Below, piece after piece: positions 1-12,099 of a stretch of 64,000 bases of DNA (its first letter is position 1; each line of letters opens with the position of its first letter). The stretch is from assembly GCA_010909165.1 (NCBI GenBank), contig MU008178.1, positions 198,369 through 262,368 on the forward strand, given 5' to 3'. Source of the DNA: Anthoceros angustus (Eukaryota > Plantae > Anthocerotophyta). Under the pieces are notes generated by a model. It made no database searches, was not told where the DNA came from, and worked only from the letters and a program-made list of their open reading frames with translations. The position numbers and the translations under genes were made by a program.

Positions 1-2699
1 GGGATGAATTCAGAAAGGTTATGGATGAAGATAAGCTGTCAGGGGTGTTGAATGCCAGGACGTCATGGCGAGAATACCTAGTCAAGGTTGTCATCTCAAT
101 GAAAACACCCCTCTGTTTGTTATGATGCATGATATCTGGTTGCTTACACGTTTTCTGTTTTTGTAGGTTAAAGAACATCCTGCTTATGTGGCGGTGGCAG
201 GAAACACTTCTGGTTCAACTCCCAAAGAACTCTTTGAAGATGTTGCTGAAGAGTTAGAAAAGCAGGTAACTGGTGTAAAAATCCAGTAAGATTTCTTCGC
301 GTCATTAGTACTGATCATTGTTCTCTTGGTGGCCAAACCTTTTGTCACTTCATAACACGTCATACTTCCTTTTGCTGTCACTCTGGCAGTATCATGAACA
401 TAAGTCAAAGATAAAGGAGGTGATGAAGGCGTTCAAGGTGTGTATCTCTTATTTTGTTAGGCCCACAGCAGGGCTGATTTCAGTCGGATCACTGTTGTTT
501 GATTGTATTGAATCGGAGTTTTGATCACTAGCTTATGTGTCAATGATACCTGGGCAGATAACAGTCACTACGACCTGGACCTTCGACAAGTTCAAGACTG
601 CAATTGCTGAAGCAGGTGACTTGGTGGCGATCGCTGAACCAAACCTTAAGGTTAGTGATATTCAACTTTGTTGTGAACCAGGAGGAGGCTTTGTAGCTGC
701 CCCTGGCAGCAACCTCTTAGTGTAGCTAGCAAACAATGTCGTAAGAACCCTTGGGCAAAGCTGCACCGGGAGAGCAAGACTAATGTGCTGAGTCAGGCAG
801 CAAGCTTTGACTCTGGAGGTAACTGGTGGTGAGTAACTTTCTGCTGCCCACAAGAGGCAGCAGTGTATGTATTTATTACATCAGTGGACTGATCGGCGTG
901 TAATGTAGATGCTCCTTTTGTTAAGACAAAGAACAGACAGCTTGTGAAGTCCAAGTCCTGGCTGGTTGGCTTGATGTACCCGTGCATGTCCTAGGGTTTT
1001 TAATCTTAAGCTTTTATCCTAAGCGTCTCTGTTCCATCGATTGCAGTTTGAGTGGCTTTTCCTTGTATGCTAAATCCTGTTCCTTGTATGCTTTACTGCA
1101 CGAGCTTTGAAGCGCATTGTTGTGAACCTGTGTTCTTTTTGGTGCAGCTGGTCTTTGAGGAACTTGTAGAGCGAGTGAGGGAAAAGGAGGAAAAGGAAGC
1201 CAAGAAGAAGCGCAGACTTGCCGAAGACTTCAGTGATCTTCTGCATTCCATCAAGGTACCCTTTTTGTGTGAACTCCTGGCTCATATAACATTGCCGGAT
1301 GTTCGAGGTTTGCTAGAAGATACAATTCTTAAAGGAGTTTGTGTGGTCACTGGGAGCCTTACATGCAATTGACTTCTCAGGCAATCAGTGCATCCTCCAA
1401 GTGGGAAGACTGCCGGCCATTGCTGGAAGATTCTCCGGAATATAGGTAATGCCTCCCCTGAACAAGATAAGTTGTTACAGTCTGGTGTTTGTGACCTTGT
1501 GTCGTTGTGTTGAACTTCTATGCAATGAAGTGATGGTAAACAATTTGCAGGGCTATATCTGACGAGGCAGTCCGAAGGAAAGTTTTTGATGACTATGTAG
1601 CTAACCTTCAGCAGAAGATAAAAGAGAAGGAGCGTAAGCGAGAGAAAGAAGATAAGGTATGCATAGTCCTGGGTCTCCTGTCTTTGAGTCTGTTGCCAGG
1701 TGTCTGTGCTGTTTGTGTGGGTGTGTTGCTGAACCATGCATGCCGAGTCCACAGAGTTGGTTGGCAGAGTTCAGTGTTTAGGAGTTGTGAACACTGGAAA
1801 GCTATGGTTCTTAAATAGAAGCCTGAAAGCTCCATGATGAAAACTGCTGTGTTACTTGATCACAGCAATTTGGTCCTGACATGATAACGGACCATATACG
1901 ATATCATGCAGATGACATGTCCATTCTTACTAATATGAACACTCTGAACAAGCCTTCTGCCTGTTTGTCAATGAGTTGACTCCATATGGGTTGCTCAGTG
2001 TTATGACAAACTGTAGATGCTTTCGAGAATCGTGGCTGCTTCTGGCAACTTTTTGTTAGACGCATGGAAGTGGCACATCCTGCTGACCAAATGGCTTGGC
2101 AGGCAAAGAAGGAGAAAGAGAAAGAGAGAGAACGGAGGAAGGAAAGGGAGAAAGAGAAAGAACGTGAAAGAGAGAAAGAGAAGGTCAAGCGAGAGAAGGA
2201 TGGAAGTCAGGATGCAGGTGAAGCTGGTACCTTGTTGCCCCAGAAGGAGGACAGGAAAAAGGACAACAAGGAGAAGGAAAGGGATGTCAAAGATAAGGAG
2301 AAGGATGTAGTCAAAGAAAAGGACCGGGATAGGAAACATAAAAAGAGGCATAGAAGCTTGAGCAGTGAGGAAGGAGGGTCAGAGAAAGAGGAAAAAGAGG
2401 ACACAAAAAAGTTGCGGCGTCACCTAAATGAGCACAGGAAGCCCTCAAGGAAGGTTGGTTTCCATCTGGTTGTTTGTTGCAGTTGAATGGATGGTACAAT
2501 CTTTGGTTTCTTTGAGACTCAGGTCCGCAGTTGTCTTACAAAGGGTGTGGCATACATGGTGCAGCATGGCCATGACTCAGACACTGAGAGTGAATCAAAG
2601 CTAAGGCGCCACAGGCGGGAGCGAGAAGGAGTACGGAGGAATGGGGCAGCAGAGGAGCTGGAAGATGGAGAAGTCGGAGAGGATGGCGAAATCCGATAG
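1..2699 (+). CDS. PRP40: Pre-mRNA-processing protein 40 (FF-domain U1 snRNP factor), 3' part; 5' end outside window
   Basis: GT-AG exons 1-86, 167-265, 390-437, 558-650, 1148-1255, 1381-1445, 1551-1656, ~2103-2453, ~2565-2699 join to FF-domain text ([50 protein letters not shown]), a KE/RE-rich tail and the C-terminus [15 protein letters not shown] typical of plant PRP40A/B. Confidence 0.9.
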
Positions 2700-3359
2700 G
2701 CCCCTGTCCCTTCTTTGCCTTTGTTTGTTTGCTGTGACGGCTTGTGGTTTCATTACTGCCTCCTTTGGGAGGTTGATCATTGGCCGTAAAATTAAGAACA
2801 CTCTGACTAGCTCAACAGATTACTTTTGTTTTCCTGAACTGATTAGCGTATTGCGGCAGACGCCCCCGTGTACATGCGCAGCCGTTGCACATCCTGTAGG
2901 ATAGGCATGCATGCATCCTGGAAGCTGCAGATTTTGCCACGTTTGGCCGGAATGTTGGCTAACGGATCAGTTTTGTGAGAGTGCTCATGTTGATAGAAAT
3001 CCGTGATTCTTGGGAAATGCTGATGCATGTAAGCACCACAGAGCTCAGTAGTGAATTTCAGGCTTTTCATGGATTTCTGCATCAATGAATGCGTGCATCC
3101 ATGTAGGGAGCTGACTGTGGTGCTCGACTTGATCATATGCGTTTCGTGTTTTTTCCAGTATTAATTTTCTGGAAAATCTGTAAACTGTTCTTCTGGGTTC
3201 ATCTTTTCCATTGTCTGGTACAAATGTATGTGTTGTTTCTCTGGAAGTCATGTTTCTATGTCAGTGAAGTTTCCATAGGAAAATTCGCTGAGGTGATAAG
3301 GGTGGAGTCAAGATGTGACATGCTTACAGAGGATGGAGCAAGACTTCAAATTGCGCTCG

Positions 3360-6170
3360 CGGGCATGAAGAGGCTTTAGCTCATAGTTAACGTCTCACGC
3401 TGGGCTCGAGGTAAGCAAGTAAGTTGCTTCATCGTGTAGGGTGAGCACGAATATGTCTCAACAGTTCTGTTGCTAGTGGTACTTGGGGGACTCGAGGTGT
3501 GTGTATGTTGTTCTCGTGTTGGTTCAATAATGTGTGTTCCCCTGTAGCGCAAGTTGCTGCTGGCTCGTACGTGAGGAAAGCGGAGGTTGTGGTCCGGAGA
3601 TGGTGAAACGACCAACCTGTCCAATACAACGCTGTGCTCCTCCTTGGATGACGGGAAGTGGATGTTTCAGTGTTAGGATCTGTGCGTTGTTGCTAGCTGC
3701 CTGTTGCACTAACTTTTGACACTCGCCTAGGAGGCCATGAATGTTCGCGAAGTGGTATATTCTGCAACGCCTCAACCCCGGCTCCGTCAACGTGTGCTTG
3801 CTGGCTCCTCACATGGATGAATCTAGCAGTTAAGTTAAGGCTGGCTGCTGATAGAAGGGTTACAAATCCCTCACCTGGCAGTCACACCGTTGATAGGCTT
3901 GTTTATGCGCCGTCACATTTGCGCCCATCCCTCCAATTTACGCATCCGCCCGATTTGCGGCGGTGAAATGCACAGACCACCTGTTGAAGGTCAACTAACT
4001 TACCTGCCGGAATGTCTGTTGGCCTGCCGCGCGAACTTCCTCTGTGCAAATCGGCCTCCCTCTGAGCCGCGGGCCACCTCCACGACGCCATGTCTTGTGG
4101 CCGAGGTCGTGCTGCTTGCGTTTATTGCTGCTCCCGACGTTCCAACGTGTGTATCGGCAGCTGACGAATTCTTGGAAACTGGGGCAAGATGATGGAGGAG
4201 ATAGGCCGGCATTTGATCGAGTGTGGACAGTTTTGGCGAGATCCTGTGTGGCAACGTAGCACGCATGTGATCTCCTTACGCCGAGCTGTGAGCAGATGGG
4301 CCCAAAGCAACACGAGTACGACCTTGTTGGGTTGGATTCTGCGGTTTGAGCGGGGCTCAATACATTGTGGCCCAGCCTCATGTGGGTGGTTCTCCATCTT
4401 CCAGGGCTGAAGAAAGTGGATGTGGAGCTGTCTGCAGCAATACAGGCTTGCGCTCGTTTGGAGCAGTCCCTGGCTCCGCTCTGCGACCCGGAGCTTTATG
4501 AAGCGTGTCGTGAGTTCCCTCTACCCAAGGGATGCCAGCGGATGTGGCTCCGATCTGTATTTCTTGGTCATGAACACGTCATGGTAGAAAGGTCTGGCTG
4601 ACAACTTGATTCTCGCGACATCAACTTCCAGAAGATCAAGTGGCAGGTCTTCATGCTGCTGCAGATGCAATACTTGCAAACGAAGAAATGCTAGATCACA
4701 TGGTAGATGTCGGTTGAAGGAGAGCACTCTGTCGAGAAGTCTAGTAGCCCTACATGCACCTGCCTGTTCTACATTTGATTGAACCCGCGAACCCTGGCAG
4801 GCGGAAAGAAGCCTTGCAGCCCTTGATTCTTCATACGCTCGGTTTGGACCAAGAGGCGTTCAGGTTTTTAAGGTGAGGACACGCTCTGGGCATGTGTTGG
4901 TGGTCAGAGCCCTCTGGTCTTACCACCAACCGCATGTTTCATAATGTGCATGCTGCAGTACGCTCCGCAACATGTAACGTCCTTGAAGCCGGGGATTGAA
5001 GCTGTGGCCAGCAAAGCCACGCAGAAGGAATGGCAACCACGCTGGCCTGGTGATTTAGGGGACCCTTTCGAACCATATTCGGTTGGTATTGTGAATGAGA
5101 ACTTCCCTTCCTCTGAGCTTGTACACGGGAGTCCGCTTTGGGGGGCTTTGTTGGCTGCTGATGTCTTTGGTTCACTGGCCATGCGGGTCTCAGCAACTGA
5201 TTGAACAACTAGTCCACAGTGCCATCCAGTATCATGCAAGGTTAGGTGGCTGCCTCTCACCAGCTTACTGTGGACTAAAAATCAATGCAGCTAATAGAAA
5301 AGATTGGCCGGATTCATTGTCCAGGTCCTTGCAACAGCTAAGCACAGCCTATGCTGCTCTGAGGAAAGCAAACAAAGCAGCCAGGGAGGCTCAGTATGTT
5401 CGAACACTATCTGCCACGGCGGGGGTGACTGTGAAGGAGTACTACCGGCTGCTGGAAATGTTCAACAAGATAGACAATGAGAGGACAGGGTAATGACAAT
5501 GCGTGAACATGCTGTGCAACGTTCCCTTCCAGCCTCAAATCGTAACCCCTGCAGTTCCTGGTAATGTCGCAGAAGCATCAGCATGAAGCAACTGCTTGCC
5601 GCCATGAAAAGGGACAAAGATGTGAGAGCAAACTCCCGCTTTGAGTGGAAGCACTTATGCAGCCTGTATCATGACAGCTAAAAACAAAGCTCGTGTAACA
5701 CAGATTGCTGCCTTCATGCAACTATCAAGAGGCAAGCAGAGAGATGGTCAAAGGGAGTCGTTTCAGGGGGTGTTCAATAGAATTGATATTGAAGGTAAGC
5801 TCCATCGCCTTGCACTTGGCACCACGGATACTTGTTCATTCCTTCCTTGGGTCATCACACCACGTTGGCCTGCAGGAGTAGGCGCGGTGACCTGGGAGAA
5901 TTTTCTCCGCTTCTTCTCCTGCGAGAGGTCGCTCACAACCACGGGGGTAATGCCACCCATGGTTTGTACAAGACCACAAGTCTGTCCCAGCCAGAAGGTT
6001 GTCTGCAGGAGTAACCAACTTCCCCCCGGATTCTACCCCCCGCCCTACAAACCAGGTTTGCATTTGTCCCCTTTCCTTACCCAGTTTCCCCATCGAGGAG
6101 CGATATTAAACGCCTTGACTACGGTACCTTGTTTGTTGGTGTGCATGTCACAGAGCGCGTGTCAGTGATC
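3360..6170 (+). pseudogene. Decayed coding-like region of unknown family
   Basis: Chain of co-oriented protein-like ORF pieces (4189-4410, 4365-4601, 4944-5204, 5095-5493, 5641-6168) broken by stops and frameshifts; splice-like GT/AG pairs near 3410-3548. No family recognised. Confidence 0.3.
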
Positions 6171-6948
6171 CATCCTCCGATGTCACCTCTTAACACTCGC
6201 CACTTTCGGGACTAAGTCATTCAAATCCAAGTGCAAACCCAAGCTCTACTAGATTCGTGCTTCGTCTCGTATGCAAGAACACGACGATGCGCATTGTGGG
6301 ACTAGGATAAAATTGAATTGACTCAAAAGCTGTGGGAGCACATGAAAATAAAAATCACATTGGTGTCATATACTGTTCTACAATCTAATGTAATCTTATA
6401 TATATTTCCTCAGGACACATTTGATTGTTAAAATCACCAAAGCGACAGAGGTATTGTTACATTTTCGTCAAACCTCTTCAAAACAAAAAATACTTCCAAA
6501 AGTTCCAAGTGATCAGAGCTTTCAATTCAAAAGGGTAACAGATTGAACTGAATACATGAGCTCTTCAAATTCCTCTAAAAATGGTTGCAATCCTCAAACT
6601 GTCCAGCACACAACCACATCCGTACGCCTCAGTCAATGCATGTAGTAATTCCTACCTTCTACCAATTGACCCGGCCCTTCAAGTCCAACCGGGAGAGGCT
6701 CAATTTCTCTGACCTGTGCGACACGGCCTTCTGCCTCGTCAGGCCAGACTAAAATCTGGCCGGACAAAATGAATCAGAGTTATGATACTTGGGGCAGCAT
6801 TCATATGGCAACAACACCCACCGCTGCCACGGCTAAAGGCTAGCCAGTGCAGGCTCTACAAGATGGATCACCGAGGTTGCCAGTCATCTCCCCGTTGCAG
6901 AAACCTTCAAAGACAGATAGTTACCAAAAACAATAGTGTCCTCCAACA

Positions 6949-9245
6949 TTACAGAAAATACGGCACCCCAGCTCGGGGCACCATCATTGCATTGTTTTCA
7001 TCTGTTTCTGTGAAGAACTTTACATCCCTTTCCTGCAAAACAGCAAATGAATTGAAAGAGCTTCCGAAATGAGCTTGGCCAGCTTCAAAGGTGGTGTGGA
7101 GACCGCTGCTAATTACCATTCTATCATTGAAACTCAGTATTGAAGCAACGTTGCCACATCGGTAGCAATAGTTTGGAGCAGACCAGACCTGCAGCAAATT
7201 AGATCAGCTCCTTCCCTTGAGTTTTTCTGAGTACTGAGTGGAATCAAAACATCATGCTCTGCACTGTGGCACTTACCGTAACAAGACCCTTGTCAGGAAA
7301 CATGTACTTCAATCCTTCCTGTACAAGTTGGTGAGCACGACATACAAGCTCCAATCCATTGATCCGGTTAAACTGCACAAAAAAATATGCAGTGGTGAAA
7401 CAGCTTTCTCAAAATAGGACCCCAGAGTAGGATGCACCCAAGATGCAAAAACAAAACCAGCAGTAGTCGACATCAAAAGACCCAGCATCATAACCTCTTG
7501 GACCAAATATCTGAAGTAATTTCCACACGCTCATACCTCTGAAGTAACACGTGCACCAAATAACCATCCGGCTCCCCTAGGACTCACAGCCCACGTATCT
7601 ATATCGTCAGGATCACTCCACATGAGGTCACAAAAAGGACCTTCATGAGGGATCTCACACTGTCTCTCAATGACCCTTATCTGTACAAACAAAAGAGTCA
7701 GCTCGCAGCAACAGCACTAGATGTCTGCTAGGAAAGACAAGACCTCTCTACAGGTTCACGATACGTGTGCACATTGAGTAACATACCTGGTCTACTGTCC
7801 GAATATCAGGAGACAAGCCCCCGTGCACACATAAAACCTGGCACAGACCGAATACCATGTCAACAGAACACTTTCATGCGCCAATCGGATGAAAGATCAT
7901 TGACTGGCCAACAGCATGCTCCAAATGAGAGACAATCAGGATACTTTTTTCTGTCAATGAGACTATGCAATGTCTTGCTCACCCGTCCATCAATTATTGC
8001 TGAAAGAGTCAAATAATCAAAGACATCTGTGCAATAGCGCCAAGCATTTGAATTGCCATACTTCCTTAGGCATTCATCGTAGAAGCCATAAACCTGGTAC
8101 ACAATTTGAAGAGAAATTTCTGTGTGCAGAAAGAAAAACATGGTAATCCAAAAAGAATGATGCACATCCACAAACGTAATGGAAACACCCAATATATGCT
8201 GTCTGATATGCACTGATACCTGCGTTATTTGCCGGCTTTCATGATTACCCCTCAATAGAGTCATATGAGCAGGATATCTGCGCAGATAAGAGAGCAATAT
8301 AAGGCAAGCAGTAGAAGATGAGCCCCATCTCACAGGTGCAAGAAAAGAATGTAAATTCACCAGGAATTGGAGCAGCAGATTTAACATCAAACAGCAGAAT
8401 AGGACAATCAGCAGCAACACATTGCATCCTTAAGACATATCTTCGATGAACACCTGTAAACAAGATTCCATCCAAACCATTCGCAATAAATCAAATTCCA
8501 CAGAAAATACATTTGTCTTCTAACCTAGCCAGAAAGCTGCTGAAGCTTCCCAGATCCAAACTACTGAGCAAAGTACAACGCTCTTGAATCAGACCCGCCA
8601 GCCTAGGCAAAATCTAAGACAACGCCTAAGGAGGCTGCTTTGCAGAACAGAACCCTCTCTACATAGGCTCAGTTACAGCCAAAGGCCACGTAATCAGGAA
8701 AGCTGATTCACAACCACCATTTCCCAAGAGTATACCATGAACAGTCTGGGTCACCTTGCTTTGAGCAGCAGCAGAATCGTGAAAACCTCAAGGCTATTGT
8801 ACCCCCGATCCACAAAATCGCCCTGAGTGAGGAAACACAATGAGCACCAGTGCCGCCCCCGCGGCATATGTAGTCCCATCGTCATGCCACATGGTGTAAA
8901 GCTGAACATTGACAGCGTCGAATACACCTACCATGAATATATAATTGGTGGCAGGAACATGGCCCCCGGTCTGAAAGAGCTTCATGAGATCATGAAACTG
9001 GCCATGAATGTCTCCACAAACTGTGACCGGGCTATTCACAGGCTGCACATTAGACTCCTCCACTAGGATTTCTTTGACCTGAAGCAGTCCACGATATGTA
9101 AGCTGGACATCACGAGTGGCAACAATAGCGGTCTATGCGGAGACAGGGAGCGGTAGAGACGTACATATTCACAGAGAAGTTTGAGCTCATCTTCTTGAAG
9201 ATGTTGCCCGGCCTTGACCTTCTCGATCCACTTGTCCAGGTCCAT
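6949..9245 (-). CDS. FYPP: Serine/threonine protein phosphatase 6 catalytic subunit (phytochrome-associated FyPP-like), multi-exon
   Basis: Exons give [16 protein letters not shown].., [60 protein letters not shown] and C-terminal VPYFL; PPP motifs plus PP6-type termini. Confidence 0.95.
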
Positions 9246-10745
9246 GAGAGATTAGCTGCGCTGAATGAATTCAACCGCACTCGTATCGCTCAGCACCCAG
9301 GGTTCGTTTCCACCTTTCGTCGTTGAAAGGAGTTTTGCGCCACGCCTTCAAGTTCGGGGTACCATCATCTGAAAGTCAATACTTTAATTTCAAACTACTT
9401 GCTTATTCAACTAGGGCTCCGCTCCAGCTAAAGAGATATAGGAGACTTTATGTAAGAAAAGAGATGGAAAAAGGAAGAGGGGGGAAGAACCTAACCTAGG
9501 GCACCATGCCAAGGGGGAGTAACTTCAGCGATCGCTCATCTCAAAATTATCCATGGTATAGAAAATTTCGTGGTGGGGATAAGAAAAGGCCTACCTACCA
9601 CAAGGGCTGAAGAAGCCGCCTCCCTTGCGCTTGTCGTTGTCCTGTACTCCGCGTTCGCCAACGCCCTTTACAGGACGATGGACACCTGTTGCCTGAAGAA
9701 TGCCACAATACAAGAAAGGGGAAGACCAACCCCATTCTTGCGATTGTGGAACGCCTTGGCATAGGCCTTGACAAACCTTGAGAAATCCTTGCCCATGGCC
9801 TCATGGGTCTCAATGGCAAGGGGGATAAAGGTGTGGCCATCCTGTATAGGAAAGTACTTGTGGACCTTGGCTGACCTTCCGCCTAATCCAAGGGGTTAAG
9901 GATCACAAACTCGCAGACAGTCCACGATATGTAAGCTGGACATCACGAGTGGCAACAATAGCGGTCTATGCGGAGACAGGGAGCGGTAGAGACGTACATA
10001 TTCACAGAGAAGTTTGAGCTCATCTTCTTGAAGATGTTGCCCGGCCTTGACCTTCTCGATCCACTTGTCCAGGTCCATGAGAGATTAGCTGCGCTGAATG
10101 AATTCAACCGCACTCGTATCGCTCAGCACCCAGGGTTCGTTTCCACCTTTCGTCGTTGAAAGGAGTTTTGCGCCACGCCTTCAAGTTCGGGGTACCATCA
10201 TCTGAAAGTCAATACTTTAATTTCAAACTACTTGCTTATTCAACTAGGGCTCCGCTCCAGCTAAAGAGATATAGGAGACTTTATGTAAGAAAAGAGATGG
10301 AAAAAGGAAGAGGGGAAGAACCTAACCTAGGGCACCATGCCAAGGGGGAGTAACTTCAGCGATCGCTCATCTCAAAATTATCCATGGTATAGAAAATTTC
10401 GTGGTGGGGATAAGAAAAGGCCTACCTACCACAAGGGCTGAAGAAGCCGCCTCCCTTGCGCTTGTCGTTGTCACAGCACTCAGCCAGCTACAGACGATGG
10501 ACACCTGTTCAAGAATGCCACAATACAAGAAAGGGGAAGACCAACCCCATTCTTGCGATTGTGGAACGCCTTGGCATAGGCCTTGACAAACCTTGAGAAA
10601 TCCTTGCCCATGGCCTCATGGGTCTCAATGGCAAGGGGGATAAAGGTGTGGCCATCCTGTATAGGAAAGTACTTGTGGACCTTGGCCGTTGCACAGCCTT
10701 CCGCCGCCCAATCCGAAGGGTTAAGGATCACAAACTCGCAGACAG
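9085..10745. repeat. Direct tandem duplication, about 833-bp unit (9085-9917 / 9918-10745)
   Basis: Near-identical sequence at offset 833, covering PP6 exon 1, its 5' region and a retroelement 3' end; junction cgcagacag|tcc with CAG/TCC microhomology. Confidence 0.9.
9998..10078 (-). other. Duplicate copy of PP6 exon 1 (ATG plus GT donor intact, intron acceptor missing)
   Basis: Identical 27 codons MDLDKW..LLCEY followed by gtacgt donor; the copy breaks a few nt before the intron-1 AG. Confidence 0.85.
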
Positions 10746-11250
10746 AGTCCCTGGTGGGGTCTGTTAAAACTAGATCGGCAACATAAACCTGGTCTTCCCA
10801 GAACAGAAAAAGGTGAGCCCTGAGAGAAATGTTGTTAAGCAAGGTGTATGGGCGCTCCATATAATGAAAGAACCGGCTCTCCTTGGCCATTAAGAACATG
10901 ACGTCCCGGACGGCGTCATGCGTAGCATTTCTGTCCGCCAGCAGGACAGCGGGCCAGGTGGGTCCCCGAGTCATCGAAGCGGGCTCCAGAGCTGTAAGTA
11001 GAGAGAGTGCAGGCCAGAGGTTGGACAAAGCCTAGGCGAAAGCGCATCGCGTTGGAAAAAGTTGCTGGTGTGATACGGAACGCCTGGATACTGGGTCGGG
11101 CTAGAAGCCAGGAACTTGCTCCCTTCCCTGAGCAAAAGCGAAGCCAAGCCCAATTGGCCGTGGGAATAGAGGAATCCCGAAGAAGGGCCAACTGTGCCTG
11201 CCGGTAGTGCTTCTCCAAGAGCGATACTCGTACGAGAACAAAGCTACTAT
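10240..11250 (-). mobile_element. Non-LTR retrotransposon 3' fragment, CRE-like (zinc knuckle plus restriction-like endonuclease)
   Basis: GKGASSWLLARP..AMRFRLG..DDSGTHLARC..HDAVRD..ADLVLTDP..AKVHKY..FIPLAIETH, the C-terminal layout of RLE-bearing CRE-clade elements; frameshifted. Confidence 0.75.
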
Positions 11251-11574
11251 GCTCTAGAATGGAGACATAAGAGATGGTAGGGTGAACAAAATGTGCTCTA
11301 CATGTAGCATGCATTGTTCAACGTTCATCGAACTATATACCAAGGATGGTGGGGGCAACATGAGATTCGATAATGATATCATATCTAGGATGCGTGTTAC
11401 ACGTGAGACCATCAAAGTTAATTTGAATGTGATAGGCCATTCCATCTCTCTCTATAATGAATTTCTCTATGAAGCATATAATTCTTTTGATGATAAAAAT
11501 AATTTTAAATCAATTGAAAAGCTCTTAAAGTTGGTTGCTTAAAGGAGTTACTAGCAAGTACCTAAAACTCACTC

Positions 11575-11990
11575 TAGCTGGGAGAACAAGGGTGGCAGGA
11601 GCGGAGGAAAGGCGGGCAAGGCGGTGGGGCGGCTAGGCGGTGGTGCATGGTGGGGGCGTGTGGGCAGGCGGTGCGTGTGGTGGGGCGGTGCATGTGGTGG
11701 GGCGGTGCGTGGGCAGGGTGGTGCATGCGGTGGGGCGGTGCGTGGCGGGCGGTGCGTGTGGTGGGGCGGTGCATGTGGTGGGTGCGTGGGCAGGGTGGTG
11801 CATGCGGTGGGGCAATGCGTAGGCAGGGCGGTGCGTGGGCAAGGTGGTGCATGCGGTGGGGCAGGGCATAGGCAAGGCGGTGCGTGGGAAGGGTGTGCAT
11901 GCGGTGGGGCGGGCGTGGCGGGCGGTGTGTGCAAGTGGGAGGAGGAGGGAGGACAGGTGGGGGCACGGGTGTGGCGGTGCGAGGCAGGTC
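11575..11990 (+). repeat. G-rich strand-asymmetric minisatellite (GGTGGTGCATGCGGTGGGGCGGTGCGTGGGCAG-like units)
   Basis: Many permuted ggtgc(a/g)tg / ggtgggg modules; plus strand very G-rich. Confidence 0.9.
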
Positions 11991-12099
11991 CAACGGAGGC
12001 AGCGTTTATGGCTGGGGAAAGTTAAATCTGGTGTGTTGGTTATGGTTAGCTTAACAAGGTGGTCATACCCTTTGGTATCTTGTACCGAAGAGGTACAAC

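Noticed and set aside
9896-10078. Second complete PP6 paralog
   Set aside because: Only exon 1 is duplicated; there are no further exons.
11569-12025. Pro/His-rich and Gly-rich ORFs (extensin-like)
   Set aside because: All frames are open only because the minisatellite lacks stops; no signal peptide.
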